A stretch of 64,000 bases of DNA from the human T2T-CHM13v2.0 reference genome, Homo sapiens. The notes beneath the pieces were generated by a model, which was not told where the DNA came from, searched no databases, and was given only the letters and a program-made list of their open reading frames with translations. Shown here in pieces: positions 13,556 through 28,204 of this stretch; position 1 is the first letter of the stretch, and each line of letters begins with the position of its first letter. The DNA lies in NCBI RefSeq assembly GCF_009914755.1, contig NC_060944.1. One strand, written 5' to 3'. The position numbers and the translations under genes were made by a program.

Positions 13556-13879
13556 TCTAAGCTCCTTGGACTGAGGGACTGTTTGACTCATTTGTTGTAC
13601 ATGTAACCCCTAACACAGTGATTATAGAGTAGATGCTCAAAATGTATGGAATGCTGTATGAAAGGCCATAGATCATTGGGAGTGGCATCAATCATTAGTG
13701 AACATGACATCCAGTGAGAGGATGACTGACAGCAGAAGGGAAGAAAGTGGCTGGCCTAGCCTGGGGAGTAGGAGGGAAAGAGGAAGGGCTTAACAGATCT
13801 GAGTCCCTTTCTTGAGGCAGACCTGTGTTCAGCACCTGGATGGGATTCATGCTAACCAGATCATGTGCCCTTTCTAAAA

Positions 13880-14600
13880 TAAAAATTTTATATATTTAAA
13901 GTATATAACATCATGTTTTGATATGCATACAATAGTGAAACAAATTACATATATAAGATATACATATATACATATATAAGATATACAAATTAAATATATA
14001 ACAGATACATAAATGTATTTATACAGTCAAACAAATTAACATATTCATTCCTCAAGTAGTGACCATTGTGTGTGAATGGCAAGAACCAGCCAATATCTCT
14101 GATGAATATCCTCAAATGTTACCAAACTGAATTCAGTAATACATAAAAAAAATTATACACCATGACCAAGTGGGATTTATCCCTAAGATTCAATGTTGGT
14201 TTCACATATGCAAACCAATCAATGTGATGCACCATATTAAAAAAGAAATGAAAGATAAAAACCACTGGCCAGGCATGGTAGCTCACGCCTGTAATCTCAG
14301 CACTTTGGGAGGCTGAGGCGGGCAGGTCACCTCAGGTCAGGAGCTCGAGACCAGCCTGACCAACATGGTGAAACCCCATCTCTACTAAAAATACAAAAAC
14401 TTAGCCAGGCATGGTGGTGTGCACCTGTAGTCCCAGCTACTCAGGAGGCTGAGACACGAGAATCGCTTGAACCTGGGAGGCGGAGGTTGCAATTAGCCGA
14501 GATCCTGCCACTGCACTCCAGCCTGGGCGACAGAGTGAGACTCTGTCTAAATAAAAACAAAAAAACACCCACACACAGGATGCTCTTAATAGATGGAGGT
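13880..14600 (-). mobile_element. L1MA 3' end (antisense) fused to a sense L1 ORF2 fragment
   Basis: 13880-14085 is antisense L1MA 3'UTR. 14086-14600 is sense ORF2 (CACCATGACCAAGTGGGATTTATCCC), resuming after the Alu as CTTAATAGATG. Confidence 0.75.
14267..14565 (+). mobile_element. Alu SINE (AluSx/Sq-like)
   Basis: GGCCAGGCATGGTAGCTCACGCCTGTAATC...GAGACTCTGTCT plus A-rich tail. Confidence 0.97.
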
Positions 14601-14849
14601 CAAATGCCTTTTAAGGAACCTCAGACTTCATCTGGCTGTGCAAATACCCCTAGGAATGTCACTAGGCACGGTAGAGAATGGCCACTGGCTTGAAAAATAC
14701 TGACCAAAAGTAGAATTTCAATATGTGAGAAGGAAATTAAGAATTGTGTGGGGAAGATTCAGGTTTGAATCCCAGGTAGAATCTTACATTGTAAGATGGC
14801 AAAAGAAAGGTCAGTGAAAGACTTTCTGGAAACCAGAATCAGATATCCG

Positions 14850-15000
14850 TCCATGCACTCCATAGTCATTGATGTAACATCTACTACGTGCAGATACTAT
14901 TCTGAAGACTGGCAATTTAGGTGTGAACAAAATAGACAAAATGGCTCTTCTCATGGAATGGGCATTGTAGTGAAGAAAGCAAAGAAAAAACAAGCAAATA
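14850..15000 (-). mobile_element. L2 3' end
   Basis: ATCTACTACGTGCAGATACTATTCTG...GTGAACAAAATAGACAAAA. Confidence 0.6.
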
Positions 15001-17821
15001 TTTCATATTTGTATTTATCTTTATATTATGTTTATATTATACTATCCCAAATCCTGCATTTTGTTTATATTATATATATATATATATAAATATATATGTA
15101 ACATGTAAATATATAACATGGTGATTTCAGGTGGTCATGCTAGAAGAACTGATGGAAAGTGAGAGACAGTAGCACATAGACCCCCTCTCTTAGCTCCCTT
15201 ATCTGTGAGCTAGGAAAGATTAGGATGAGATGAGAGCCACCCCAAGAGGAAAATATCTAAGATTGATTCAGATTTTATTAACAAGGTTTCACTTTATGTT
15301 GAAATCTGGTAATCTGTTATCAGAGATTAGCACTGCAATGCTGTAGAATGGTCGAGTCCAGTGGCATTAAAACTTTGTTCTGTGTAGCCTAAGACATCAC
15401 AACTGGTGAGTGAGGACAGGCCGGAGAGACTCTGGCTGCCTTACCACAACCTGTCCCTCTAGCACATTGCGACTTACCATCAGCTGCATTTGGGGAGATG
15501 CCACGGGAAGCTGTGTTTTGCAAAGTTGTCCTGCTCCAGAATAGCTCTAATGGAATTCTCTAACAACTTTAGCTTTCAGATTAAGAAACTGAGATTTATC
15601 AGAATTAGCTGACTTGATCAAGAGCGCACGTTGAAGAAAAGCTAAGCATAGAATTATGAATCATGCCTGCTTTTCCTGATCTCAGTCAATTATAAAACAA
15701 CAGCCATTCTAAGATTTCTTACTACAGATAAAAGTGTTCCAGGCCTTGTTTCCCTTAGTAGGCAGGAGAGTGTGACTCAGGCCAAGGCTCATTTGCCCCA
15801 TTTGACATTGGCATTACAATTCCTTACCTGGCAATGGAACCTACACATACCTCACTAGGAGACTTTCTCACGAGGGAAAACCAATAGGGACTTAACTCAT
15901 TGGAGTTAACTCTTAAGTCCAAGATAGGATATCGCATCTATCCTACCTTGATACATCCCCTCTGCTCTGAATCCTGGTCAGTTAAAATCCTGGCATATGT
16001 TGTTATTTTGTTCGCTTGCTCAAAGGGTTTCCAAACTTTTGAACACCATGTGTTCATTCAAATGTACTGCTTTGGACTCCTCCTTCACTCTGATTTCAGC
16101 CACCTAGATGATTTTTATTATCTCTTTACTCTGCCACCTCCAAGGAAAAATTTTCCTTCTTTGTGTTCAAAGTCATCCAGATGTCAGTACTTTCTCTAAT
16201 GGACTTTGCCTTCGTCCATCCCCAAGTCTCATACACAAAAAGCCATGTACACATTTGCGTGTACCAGCCTTGGTAGGTATCATCTAGTTGGAAGCAGCTC
16301 AGCAGGAAATATCCCCAGGCTTCCCTCAGGCTGCTTTTTTTTTCTCCTTTGGGGGTACCTAATTTCCATTGGTCCTTTGTTTATTGGCCTCTGGGTCATC
16401 CACTATTACCAACTTGAATTGAGACAATCTGCTGTGTAAAGGGTCTAATCCTTGTCTTTGCATTTACTCTTTTTTTTCCCCATCTAAGTATTTGAATACA
16501 TAGGAACAGATGGAACTGTTTTTAGACACAGTTGCAGAATTTTTCCTTGCAGACACGCATCTACACATTCTGGTAAACTAGTTGGGTAACCTGCTTAACC
16601 CATTAAAAGCCTCTCTGACAGCCATTTTCCAACTGATCCAGAGCTAAGATGATTATAGTAAGGTCTGTCCCATGTGCACAGAGTTTTCTTACTTTCTCAA
16701 ACAAAGCATTTTAGTTGAAGCTGTTCCACTGGCTTTTCTAATGCCAGCCCACAGGAAAGTTTCTCCCAACCACTATCCATAAATTCTATGCAACCACACC
16801 AGAGATGGCAGCTGCCCATTTCACAGCCACTCAAGCTAAATCTCTCCTTAATTCTTGTCTCCAAATATTGTCCTCAGTTCTTCTGGGGTTGGAGCTAGAA
16901 ACATCACACATCCCCAAGGCAGCAACAACATTCGTGTTTACTTTAGAATACATTTTGATAAGCACCCAAGTGCTTCAGCGGAAACTGAAGGGTATTTGTG
17001 TGAGGTAGCAGATTGTGGGGAGGTTTTATGTCCCAGCACACTCTGGGGAAAATAAAAGAAAATAGCTTTCTTTCCTGGAAGAAAAGAAAAATAAAAAGAA
17101 AATAAAAAAGACTAAGAGCCAGTGCAGACACAAAAAGACAAGCTAAGGGAACCCCAACAACACAAATTCTGGAAAGAATGGCACCTCCCCTGTCCCCCAC
17201 AAAAGGCTCAGACTCCAGAAAAACTGTGCTGATGATGTTGGAAGAGCTTATCGTGTTATTGGGAACTAACTTCCCTTTTTCTGTAGGAGGCAAAACCCAA
17301 GAAGTGTAAACGCAAAAAGTTTCTGCGCTTCTGAGTGGAGAAAGTTCCCCAAAATGAGTGTGAAAAGACTAGGAACAACTGAAAATTCCAGCCCACAGTT
17401 TCAAGCTTTCCAAAGCCTGTTTGCTTTGGCCAGCCTTTGCCATTCCTTTCTCTCTTTTTTCAGAAGTGTGAAATGGGTTGGTTGCTGGTATTTGTTCTGT
17501 GGTCTCTGCTACTCTTCCATCTGTATAAACTTAGCTCTGCCAATCCAGCAGTTTAGCAGCACTTTCTCTTCAGCTAGCTCAAAAGGACACGAAGGTCCTA
17601 TTAAGTGGCCCTTTCAAGACTTGCAAATAACTGTACCATGCTGTCTGATTGAAGGCATGAAGCTTATTTATGCTGTCCTTGCAAGGGCTGGCCTTCCTTT
17701 TAAGACTTGTAGCTAAACAGGATGAAGGCAAAGTTAATCCAAGTCTGGATTTGACCATTCCTCCCCAGTGTCAGGGAAGCAGCCGAGGTGGCTATAATAT
17801 GCCTATAAGCCTGAGAAACTA

Positions 17822-18140
<319 letters not shown>

Positions 18141-18863
18141 TCTTAGAAACTTGAAGATAGGGCATGGTACTTAGTGGTGATGTCTTCCTCTTTTTCATGA
18201 ACATATTTATTTGAGGATGAAGAGAGCCATGGGAGAATCTACATTCCCATGTTTTCCCACTTTCCTTCTATATTTATCTGTATTTGGGTTGACCCTCTTC
18301 AGCAAGCTACTGTCCTTCAAGAAGCAATAGGCTAACAGGGTGCTCACATGCTTTTATCTATTCTCAATGGAACAACCTAGACTATTTAATTAACTGTTTT
18401 TCACTAGTTGCTCTTACAAAGCAAAATATTGTCAAATATGAAAATTTGCCTTGGGTCAGAGACCGAATATGAGTAGAGCTGACGGTTTTTGCCAAGTCCA
18501 ACAAGTATCTCTGTGAAGTGTAAACAGCTATTAATGAAGAGAGTAGCCACGGTTAAATAAACCAGGGGGTGGAGAACACATGGGCCAAGAGAAGAGCTAT
18601 TTGTTGCACATTTCCTCTGTCTAAGGATGAATCCAGCCTAGTTGGGTCCTCAGTGGAAGGTAACAGAAATTTTAAAATGGACCAGAATAAATAGCCACAA
18701 AGAAGAAATGGTGCCCCACTGAGAACTAGAGCCCCATTGTCCACCATGGCATTAAAAAAGACCCCAGTTATGTCAGATTTAAAGTCATGAGCTCTTCACT
18801 GGGTTCTCCAAGCTAGAGATGGCAAAACTTTAACCCAGAGCTTCGTGGAGAAATTTGTCTTTA

Positions 18864-18910
18864 GTGACTATACAGTCAGAGTCTATACAGTCAGTGAGTA
18901 TACAGTCAGA
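18864..18910. repeat. 15-bp tandem repeat x3
   Basis: GTGACTATACAGTCA GAGTCTATACAGTCA GTGAGTATACAGTCA. Confidence 0.9.
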
Positions 18911-19659
18911 TTCATTAGCCTACTTTATGCAGATGTGAATCTTTCTAGACCTGTCTCCTCCTTATATTTCTGATCTAGATAATTCGTTAATCTGCTCAAA
19001 ACCGAGCAAGGCTGGATTCCACAAAACTTTTTCCAAAGTTTTGAAAACTTTTTCCATCCATACAAGTGGGCAGGTAATAAACATAGTTCCCAGGATTGTG
19101 TTAAGTAAAATGACATTTATAGAATGCACAATGAAATATTAGGAAGAAAGTAAGTCCTCAAATAATAACTAAAAAAAAAAAATTTAAAGGCTATGGGCTT
19201 ACAGTGATCTGGACCCAATGCAATGCTACAAGAAATAAAAAAGTATATATTTGTATTTTTAAGGCCAACCTAATACTGTATCAGTAATTCCAAAGAGGCA
19301 GACAGAACCTGTAAACACAAAGAGGAACGTCCTTTTCTTGGGAAAGCTCTCCACACCAAAAACCTTTTCTTGTCAAATGAAGGGTACAGATACCTAGGAA
19401 GTATTTACATTTGGGAGTTCATGTAGTGGAAATTTACCTTGACAAAGTCAGGACAATGGGAATCATTGGGAAACACTCCCAAAAGGCCAAAAGAAGCTTA
19501 TAACATATGCTTCAAAGGACATACAGTTACTTTTTCAAAGGGCCATCAGCTTTTGATTCTCTCTGGCTAATTGAACTCTGGACTGCTGGAGGAAAGAGAT
19601 TATGTATCCCGGTGTCTGGAATAATTAATAGTGCATAGTTAATGCTTAATAAATCAGGT

Positions 19660-19880
19660 CCATGACTTGGATTCAAATCTTCACTCTGCCACTTTCTGCC
19701 TGTGGTACTTTAGCCTCTCAGAGCCTGAAATTCCTCTTCCATTAAGCAGGGAGCTTAATGGAACAAGCGCCAATCTTGTACGGTGTTATGAGAATTAAAT
19801 GACTCTGAGTGTTGCATGCTTAGAGGACTGCCTGACATAAAGGAGTAATCTGTAAATAATATCTAGTATTATTATTGTCG
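19660..19880 (+). mobile_element. MIR SINE
   Basis: GGATTCAAATCTTCACTCTGCCACTT...CCTCTCAGAGCCTGAAATTCC...GTTATGAGAATTAAATGA. Confidence 0.75.
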
Positions 19881-19974
19881 TTAAAGCATAATCGTTTGGT
19901 TAGTTATCACTGACCACTCACTCTTCTCTTTCTTGCTAACAGAACTATAACTTGTCAAAATCAAATATGAAAAT

Positions 19975-20336
19975 TCTATCTCCCTTTGATTGAGATTAAG
20001 TCTGGTATGTGACTCAGTTCTGGTCAATGACATATAAGTACAGTATCTATTTATAAGGTGCTTTCTGGTGAAGCCATCTTGTAAAGATTTTTCTCGCTGA
20101 AGGGAGACTATATATTCTATATTCTCATGACGATGTGATGACCAGAGCTGCACTAACCTCTTAAAACCATTGTCAACAATGTTTGGCAGAGTAAAGTATA
20201 AAAAGAGCATAGGTAACATGAGACTTGATGGCATCATGGGACTGCTGCAGCAACCCATGCACAATCCATCTCCTGCCATCTAATTATATGAGCTCCAAGT
20301 CTGTTGCTTCCAGCAGAATGCAAGGTAACTGATACA
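19975..20336 (+). mobile_element. MLT1 (J/K-like) MaLR LTR
   Basis: TGTGACTCAGTTCTGGTCAATGA motif; ends in CTGATACA. Confidence 0.65.
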
Positions 20337-20429
20337 ATCCTTTTGTGTGTAGAGTGTGTATCCACATAAATCTACACACATACATGTGTGTGTAGTGACA
20401 TGCAAATGTCTACAAGGACATATACTGTC

Positions 20430-21400
20430 CTTTTATTGTTTAAAGTTTTATATTTAAATTTTAAAGAATTCAAATATTGACAGATGTACAGCAAATTATA
20501 TCATAGTCACCTATGTACTTGCTACTAATATTAAACAGATATTAATATTTTGCTTCATTTGCTTTAGAAATCTATCTGTCCATCTGTCTCATTTATGAAA
20601 TGAAACATTACCAGTTAAGATAACGTATCTGCAACCATCCCTTCCCTTAGGAAAACATTACTGTGAAGTAAGTCTATATACTTTTGTAGTTCTACTACAT
20701 GTAGGCACCTATAGAAAAACATGCGTTTGTATGTTTTATAATTTTATAGAACTGGTGACTTGCTGCATATATCATTTTTGAAACATTACTATGCACTGAG
20801 TTTGATCATGTATCCATGTTTATATAACTGCTTTGTTCATTGAAACTGCTGCATAGTACTCCATCTGTATGGAAAAAAATCTTCAGACAATATTTCTTTT
20901 ATTGAGGAATATCTATTTGTTTTGACATTTTTTATTTCAATTTTGTTCTTTTTTTGTTAATGTCTCGAAACTCATCATATATTCTAGTTTCTACTTTGTT
21001 GTCAGTTACATGGCTTGCAAATAGCTACTCCTAGTCCATAGCATGACTTTTCAGTTTATGATGGCTTTTCTCTTGCCAATTTTTTTATAATTTAATTATA
21101 TTTATTAGCCTTTTCCTTGTTGGTTTGGAAATTTTTCCTTTAAGAATTTCTTCCTATCCTAATTTGGAAAGAATTTTTAAATGTTTTCTTCTAAAATGGT
21201 AAAAGCCTTCTTTTTACTTTTATATGTTTAAACCCTGGAGAATTTATTTTTTGTAAGATAAATACTAGGCATCTGACTTTGTATTTTTCCATATGAATAA
21301 TCTAACATCTCAGGGCCATGAGCGGGATGTCCCTTTTTTCACAGTTGATTTGCTTTGTCACCTCTTTCACATACCAAGCTCCTACATACACGGGGGTCTA
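20430..21400 (-). mobile_element. L1ME-like antisense fragment
   Basis: T-rich antisense L1 3' region (GCTGCATAGTACTCCATCTGTATGG, TTGCAAATAGCTACTCCTAGTCC). Confidence 0.7.
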
Positions 21401-21764
21401 CGTGGTAGTCATTAGCGCTCGTCACAAAATGTTTCTATTTCCTCATCTTGTAGGTACATGGTAAATGTCCATTTTCTGACCCTTTTGTGCACAGTGGGGC
21501 CATGTGTTCTGCATAATGTGTTATGAACAAAAGTGCACATTTAATTGCCAGTAGGAATCCCTCCAGAGATCTCCTTCTCTCTGTTAGTGAGAGATGTTAC
21601 TTGAGCATCAGCCTGGATACCCAAGTGAGTAAAATGAGCAGAGTCCCTCTAACAACTTTCATGGACTTGCAGCACAGGGAAAAAATAAACATGTTTATTT
21701 TACACTTCAGAGATGTGGAACTGTTTATTACTACGGCATGACCTGGCCCCGTCTGACTGATACA
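21401..21764 (+). mobile_element. MLT1 (H/I-like) MaLR LTR
   Basis: Starts (T/C)GTGGTAG, has AAATAAAC polyA signal, ends CTGACTGATACA. Confidence 0.8.
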
Positions 21765-22730
<966 letters not shown>

Positions 22731-25334
22731 CAGAAGGAAAAGCAAGAGGAGGGGGAGGGGAAGAAGGAAGAGGAGGGAAGAAGTTATTTTAAAGTCCATG
22801 TCCACTAACTGGATCCTCTCTGTAACTGTTTCTATTTCCAGTTATTTCTCTCTCTTTTTCTTTTTTTTTTCTTTTTTCTTTTTTTTGGTAATGTTGACTT
22901 TTTGTTACCCACTTATTTTTAATTCAGTAACATTCATTATATCTGAAAAATTATAGAAAAAATAATACTTGGGATTAATGCTTTCTTTTTCCAAGGAAAA
23001 TTTATGTTTGCTTCTGATAAGCAGCTAGAAGGAATACCAACCACAGATAATCTAATTCAAGGGATTGAGATACTTTGAAACTAAACTTTAATTTGTACAA
23101 GGACCAACTCTTTTTTTCCTGGTTCATTCTTACTCTTAGAGGGTAGTCCTTCTAAATCCCAAACCAGACCATGGGGGGATATTATTAGGGGTCCCCATCC
23201 TTGACAGGCCCTGGACCTCCAAATTGTGTTCTCAGAGTTCCATTAGGCTATAAAAAGATCTGCTCAGTTTTTCAGCCTCTCAGCTGCCTGTTCTGGTAGC
23301 TCCAAGAGCTACACCTCTCTGAGTTTCTTTCCTCTCTGGAATGTTAGCCTTGCTATGCTTCATTTTTTAAAAACTGCCCTGTTCAGCTGTTGTAGTTGTT
23401 CTCTATAAGAGGTTGACCTGCACGTTATAGTCCACTGTCAGCAGAAGTCAACTTTTAATATTCACAAGGACTCAATACAGACACACTTACAGGATCATTT
23501 TTAGATTCAAAGATGTCTGATAAGCGAACTAATATCAAAGTGGAAGCTGAACAGTAGAGGTTTCTGGATAGGAAAAGGTAATGGAAGGGAAGAAGAGAAA
23601 AGCAAACAAAAGAATGAAAGAAAAATCATACAATACTTTATGGTGTAGGTATTCTTTGTTTTACAATGAGGACACTGTGGTTTACATTAAAACTGAGCTG
23701 CTCACAATTTATGCAGATCAGAGGTGCTGAAGTCCCTTTCAAATTCAGGACTTTTTGACTCCAGCCTGTATTTGGTTCTCTTCTGCTCAACATGCCTACC
23801 TGGCATTATGCCTTTGACCTCTGACAGTCTTCTAATTCCTGAACGTTGGGAGTTAATCTGAGCTCTGGGATTCAACTGAAAATCTTAGCTATTAAACTTG
23901 ATTGTTTTATCTCTCTCCATACCTCCCCCTGACTATACAAGATACCCCTGTTCCAGCAATACTGATCAAGCGAGGCTAACTAGTCTTAGTTCTAATCTTT
24001 ATTGTCTCCTCCCACGTTGTTCTCTTCCACAATGCAAATGAATACGAGGAATTTATAGGGTGATAAGGAGGCAGCCTTAAAGATTATTAAGTCAGTGCAT
24101 GGACAATTTCTCTGGTCTCTCTACACCACCCTTCCTCCTTCTTCCTTTCTTTACTTCTCTCTGTCTGCCTTTCTTTCTTCTCTTAACAAATATCAACTGA
24201 ACAAATGTTGTACACTAAGTACTTTGCTAAGGACAGAATATACAGTGGTGAAAAAAATCAGGTGATTTATATTCACCTGGACCTTACAGGTTAATGACCA
24301 GTGGTAGGCATAGGTTGAAGCTGTATTTTAAAGTTTATCACCCTGGAGCAAAGGTGAGAATCCATAGAAGACCAACGAAGAAGAGAAAGAGCCTAGATCT
24401 CTGATGGCACATTTTTTAGTACTGGAGCCCGGCTACAGAACTCAGATTTCCTAAGGATGTGCCCGCACCTTCAGTGCAAAAATACAGAGGCCTAGGCATT
24501 GCTTCATGCATCCTCATTACCTTTGAGTAACAATGTCACTTTGGGTTGGAGTGACCTTGTACCTGAGACCCCATTCCAACAGAACCTTTCAGCTCTCCAC
24601 CTCCCTTGGCCACAACCCCGACTACATAGACATGCCAGCTGAGGGAAAGCCTGCCAGTCAGAGGAATCTGCCCTTCAGCATGCCTAGGGTTAGGGAGCCA
24701 GAACATTTGACCCAGGAAAGAGATCCACCCAAGACCTTACCAGTGTAGGTACTTTTTTTTTTTTAATTCTGAGAACAAGTTAGAGCCAAACTGATTAAAT
24801 GACAAAACAAGCATTGAGTGTTTTCAAAGGTGTGGATGGAACAAACTGAAATAGTATCTGCCTCCTGTCTCCTCTCCACTTTAGTCTCCCCAATGGTAAT
24901 GCCCACTCTGACCGTGAAGGCACCCTTGAAGGCAAGTTATTTGTGGTTATATATAATTGATCAGCAACCATAACTTTTAGTCTGATTTAGTCTTAGTGCC
25001 AAGGGGCTTCCATTTGCTTTCAAAAAGAATCTCTATCCTTTGTTCATTTTTCCCCCATTAACTTACCACAGGGCCAAGTGCAATGTAATCATATCTCATT
25101 GTAATCATTCTGCTGTCAAAGTGACATCACTGCATTCAACACTATGTTTGATGTTAAACCATCCACTCCATGTGGGTTTATCTCTTTAATGCAGGCAAGA
25201 CCTCTATTGCTAGAAGAGAAACTTCAGGGGAAGGAGAATATGAATTTGTGGGACAGTTCTCTCCTGGAAGAGAAACGGGATTCTGGGTGGGAACAGGGGT
25301 GGGGCTTGCAAAACTTGTGAAGCAGAGAGGCTAG

Positions 25335-25550
25335 CTTCCTCAGTCTTTGAGGTGAAATTCACGTCTTTATAACTTTTGTCTATTTATGGTGGTTGTTCCT
25401 TCTGGAATAATGTCAAACAAGTTTTTGTTCACCCGTGACAACCTTTCAGTTAATTAAATACAGATCCCTTGCCCTCTTTTCCTTTCCTTGTATTTTCTGT
25501 TCCTCAGGTTGAACACTTCCCATTCTTTCAACTATTTCTGATATCACATT
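25335..25550 (-). mobile_element. L3/CR1 LINE fragment
   Basis: TCCTTCTGGAATAATGTCAAACAAG...GTGACAACCTTTCAG...CAGGTTGAACACTTCCCATTCTTTCAAC resembles antisense L3. Confidence 0.55.
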
Positions 25551-26720
25551 TTGGCAGAAGGAAACATGGGTGGAAAATATTGTGGGAATAAGTACTTCAT
25601 GTACACTTCAGTAAATGACAACTCTTTCTCTAACCTGAAAGCCAAACATTCTGACACCAGATCAGAGCACACTTAGAGTGACATGTCAACATTCCAAACC
25701 GCCTGCCTGTGAGGGGAAACAAGAAAAACGGGACCAAAATATTTTTGCCTATATTAATTAAGAAATGTTTTTTCTTCATTGGTTCTCATATGGAACTGAC
25801 ATATTTTTGTCACTCCTTAGAATGATTTGAAGTTTCATATTTTAACCTATTAATAAAACTTTCCTTAAGATTCATTTGAAATTACTTTAATATTTAAAAT
25901 ACAACTCCACTAATGTGTTTTAGAGCCTCATGGTCTTTTTATTTATTTTATTTTCTGAAACAAAAATAAATAACTATCCTTTAAAAAGTCTCTATTTTCT
26001 GAAACTGTGGAACCAAGACCAAACCGAACACTGAAATAGGCTCCACATCAGGCACAAATTAATATTTTTATTGAATTTTTGGGATAATGTGCAGAACATA
26101 CATATTGGCATTTTGTAACTTCTGTTAGCTATAAAAATAACAGCACATCCCTACCTTTCTTTTCTGACTTGTTTAGTCTGAGACAAACCAGAGAAGAAAA
26201 GGAATAAATTTAGCCCTTGGCCCACTATTAGGTGGGTTCTGAGATTAATCTTGTACTTAATCTTTTAATCTTAGACCCGTACTCCTGTGCTCATGAAAGG
26301 TGAGATTAATACATGTACTAATATTACTACTACTGTATCAACACAGAAATAGTTGTAATGCTACTGATTGCATGAGAGTAATTTTAGTGTTCCACTTTCA
26401 ATTATGGTGGTGCCTCTTACTTTAAGATAGATATTTTTAAATCATGGAAAAAGCCATTAAAAGTGGCTTTCCAAGTCTTCTATGAAATTGTATGGTGTTA
26501 ACATTTTTTAAATGTCCTTTCAAATTTTATTGATGTTATTAAATATTAGAAAATAAATAGTATTTAATTATTGTTATAATTGCTAGAATTATATATATAT
26601 ATATAAATTAAAACAATGTTCTGGTGGAGTCTGGGAAGTTGGCGGTAATGGTGCCATAACTCTTGAATCTACCCAAATCCCACAGAAGCTACATATCAAA
26701 AACTTAAGCTCGTGGGTATA

Positions 26721-27071
26721 CAGTCATGTACCTGATAAGGACATTTTGGTTAGTGACGAACTACGTATGTGACCGTAGCCCCATAAGATTATAATATTTT
26801 ATTTTTTCTGTATATTTTCTCTGTTAAAATATGTTTCAATATGCAAATACTTCCCATTGTGTTTCAACAACTGCCCACAGTATTCAGGACAGTAACATGC
26901 TATACAGGTTTGTAGCCTAAAAATAATCGGCTATACCAGATAGCCTAGATGTGTAGTAGGCTATACCAGCTAGGTTTGTGTAAGTACATTCTAAAACATT
27001 TGCACAATGACACGATTGCCTATCAATGCATTTCTCAGGACATGTCCCTGTGGTTAAGGGACATACAACTG
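26721..27071 (+). mobile_element. Tigger3a (MER7A) TcMar MITE
   Basis: CAGTCATG...CCCATAAGATTATAAT...GTAGTAGGCTATACC...CTG, flanked by TA TSDs at 26719-20 and 27072-73. Confidence 0.93.
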
Positions 27072-28204
27072 TACAATAAAATGATTCTTAGGCAACCCCA
27101 TGAAACTCACCAAAACAAGAATTGGCTGAAACACAGAGAGCTATAGAAACTGAGTGGTATCAACATCAGTGTGAGAAGTAGCAGCTGGAGACATAGAAAA
27201 TCTGACAAACCAGAAAATAGGAGAATCCAAAAATGTTCCCAAGGGACTCACTGGAAAGCACAGTGTGCTGATTTTATAAAAAATGAGTTGTACTAACTCC
27301 AATCGTGAGTATGTACAGAGGTATGAAGAATTCTGGGCACTGTGAACTCTCAAAACTGTCCCAACTCCCCTTGAGGAAAGATGCCTATAGTGATGAAGAG
27401 TTGTTGAGCAGATCTGAGACAACTGAGATAAAGAAAACACTAGCTCCAGATAAAAGATAAAAGGGTGGAGAGGGACAGGGCCAAGAAATGGATAACAGAA
27501 ATCAAGCTGACATATTGCATAACAACAGAAATGAGCTTTGTGAAATTAGAGAAACTATCATGAACCATGGCTTCTTGCAAAAGTTCAAGGAAAAAAACAC
27601 TAATTTCACATAAAAATGAGCAAGAAAAAACCTAAGTGACAACAACATAACTCCCTACAGAAAACACATGTACAAAAGGAACAAAAAAAGAAGGACAGGA
27701 CCACAGCAAAGACATGCTATTTCTAAATGAGGTAAGCATATTAAAAACATGACATAAAATGAAAGACTAACATATATCACAACTGGAAAAATATCAGAAA
27801 TGAGGTGTAACAATTTAGGAAAGAATTCTAAATAAAAGAAAAAAAACTTCAGAAATGAAAACTAAAGTAGAAGGCATACAGTTGCAAACAAATACAACAG
27901 ATAATGGCTGAAGAAAAATATAAAGTGAAAAATAATTTTAAAAACCAAAAAAAGAAATTGAAAGATAAAATGATTTAAGAAAAAGTAGCAAATATTGAAT
28001 ATAAGCAAAGAAGATTCAATAGAGGTATAATAGCAGTCTCTGAAGAGGAAAAACAAAGCAAAGGAATAACAAATATGATGAAAAATAATTGAGGAAAACT
28101 TTCCTAAATGTTAAAATATGCAATTTATTTTATGCTAAATTATACAATATATAATTTAAATTACATATTGAAAAGAAAAAGCACATACCTGAAAAAAAAA
28201 ATTT

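Noticed and set aside
15388-15405. Possible 18-nt microexon (TGTGTAG|CCTAAGACATCACAACTG|GTGAGT)
   Set aside because: Splice-like pairs are frequent by chance, the site seems to lie in a decayed hAT/MIR region, and no host gene is evident.
16795-16815. CTCF-like CCAGAGATGGCAGC
   Set aside because: The 5' half does not fit the CCASYAGRKGGC spacing.
18864-18910. CRISPR-like array
   Set aside because: Eukaryotic DNA; tandem 15-mers with no real spacers and no cas genes.
25465-25510. Strong-looking splice acceptor (long pyrimidine tract plus CAG|G)
   Set aside because: Explained by antisense L3/CR1 sequence.
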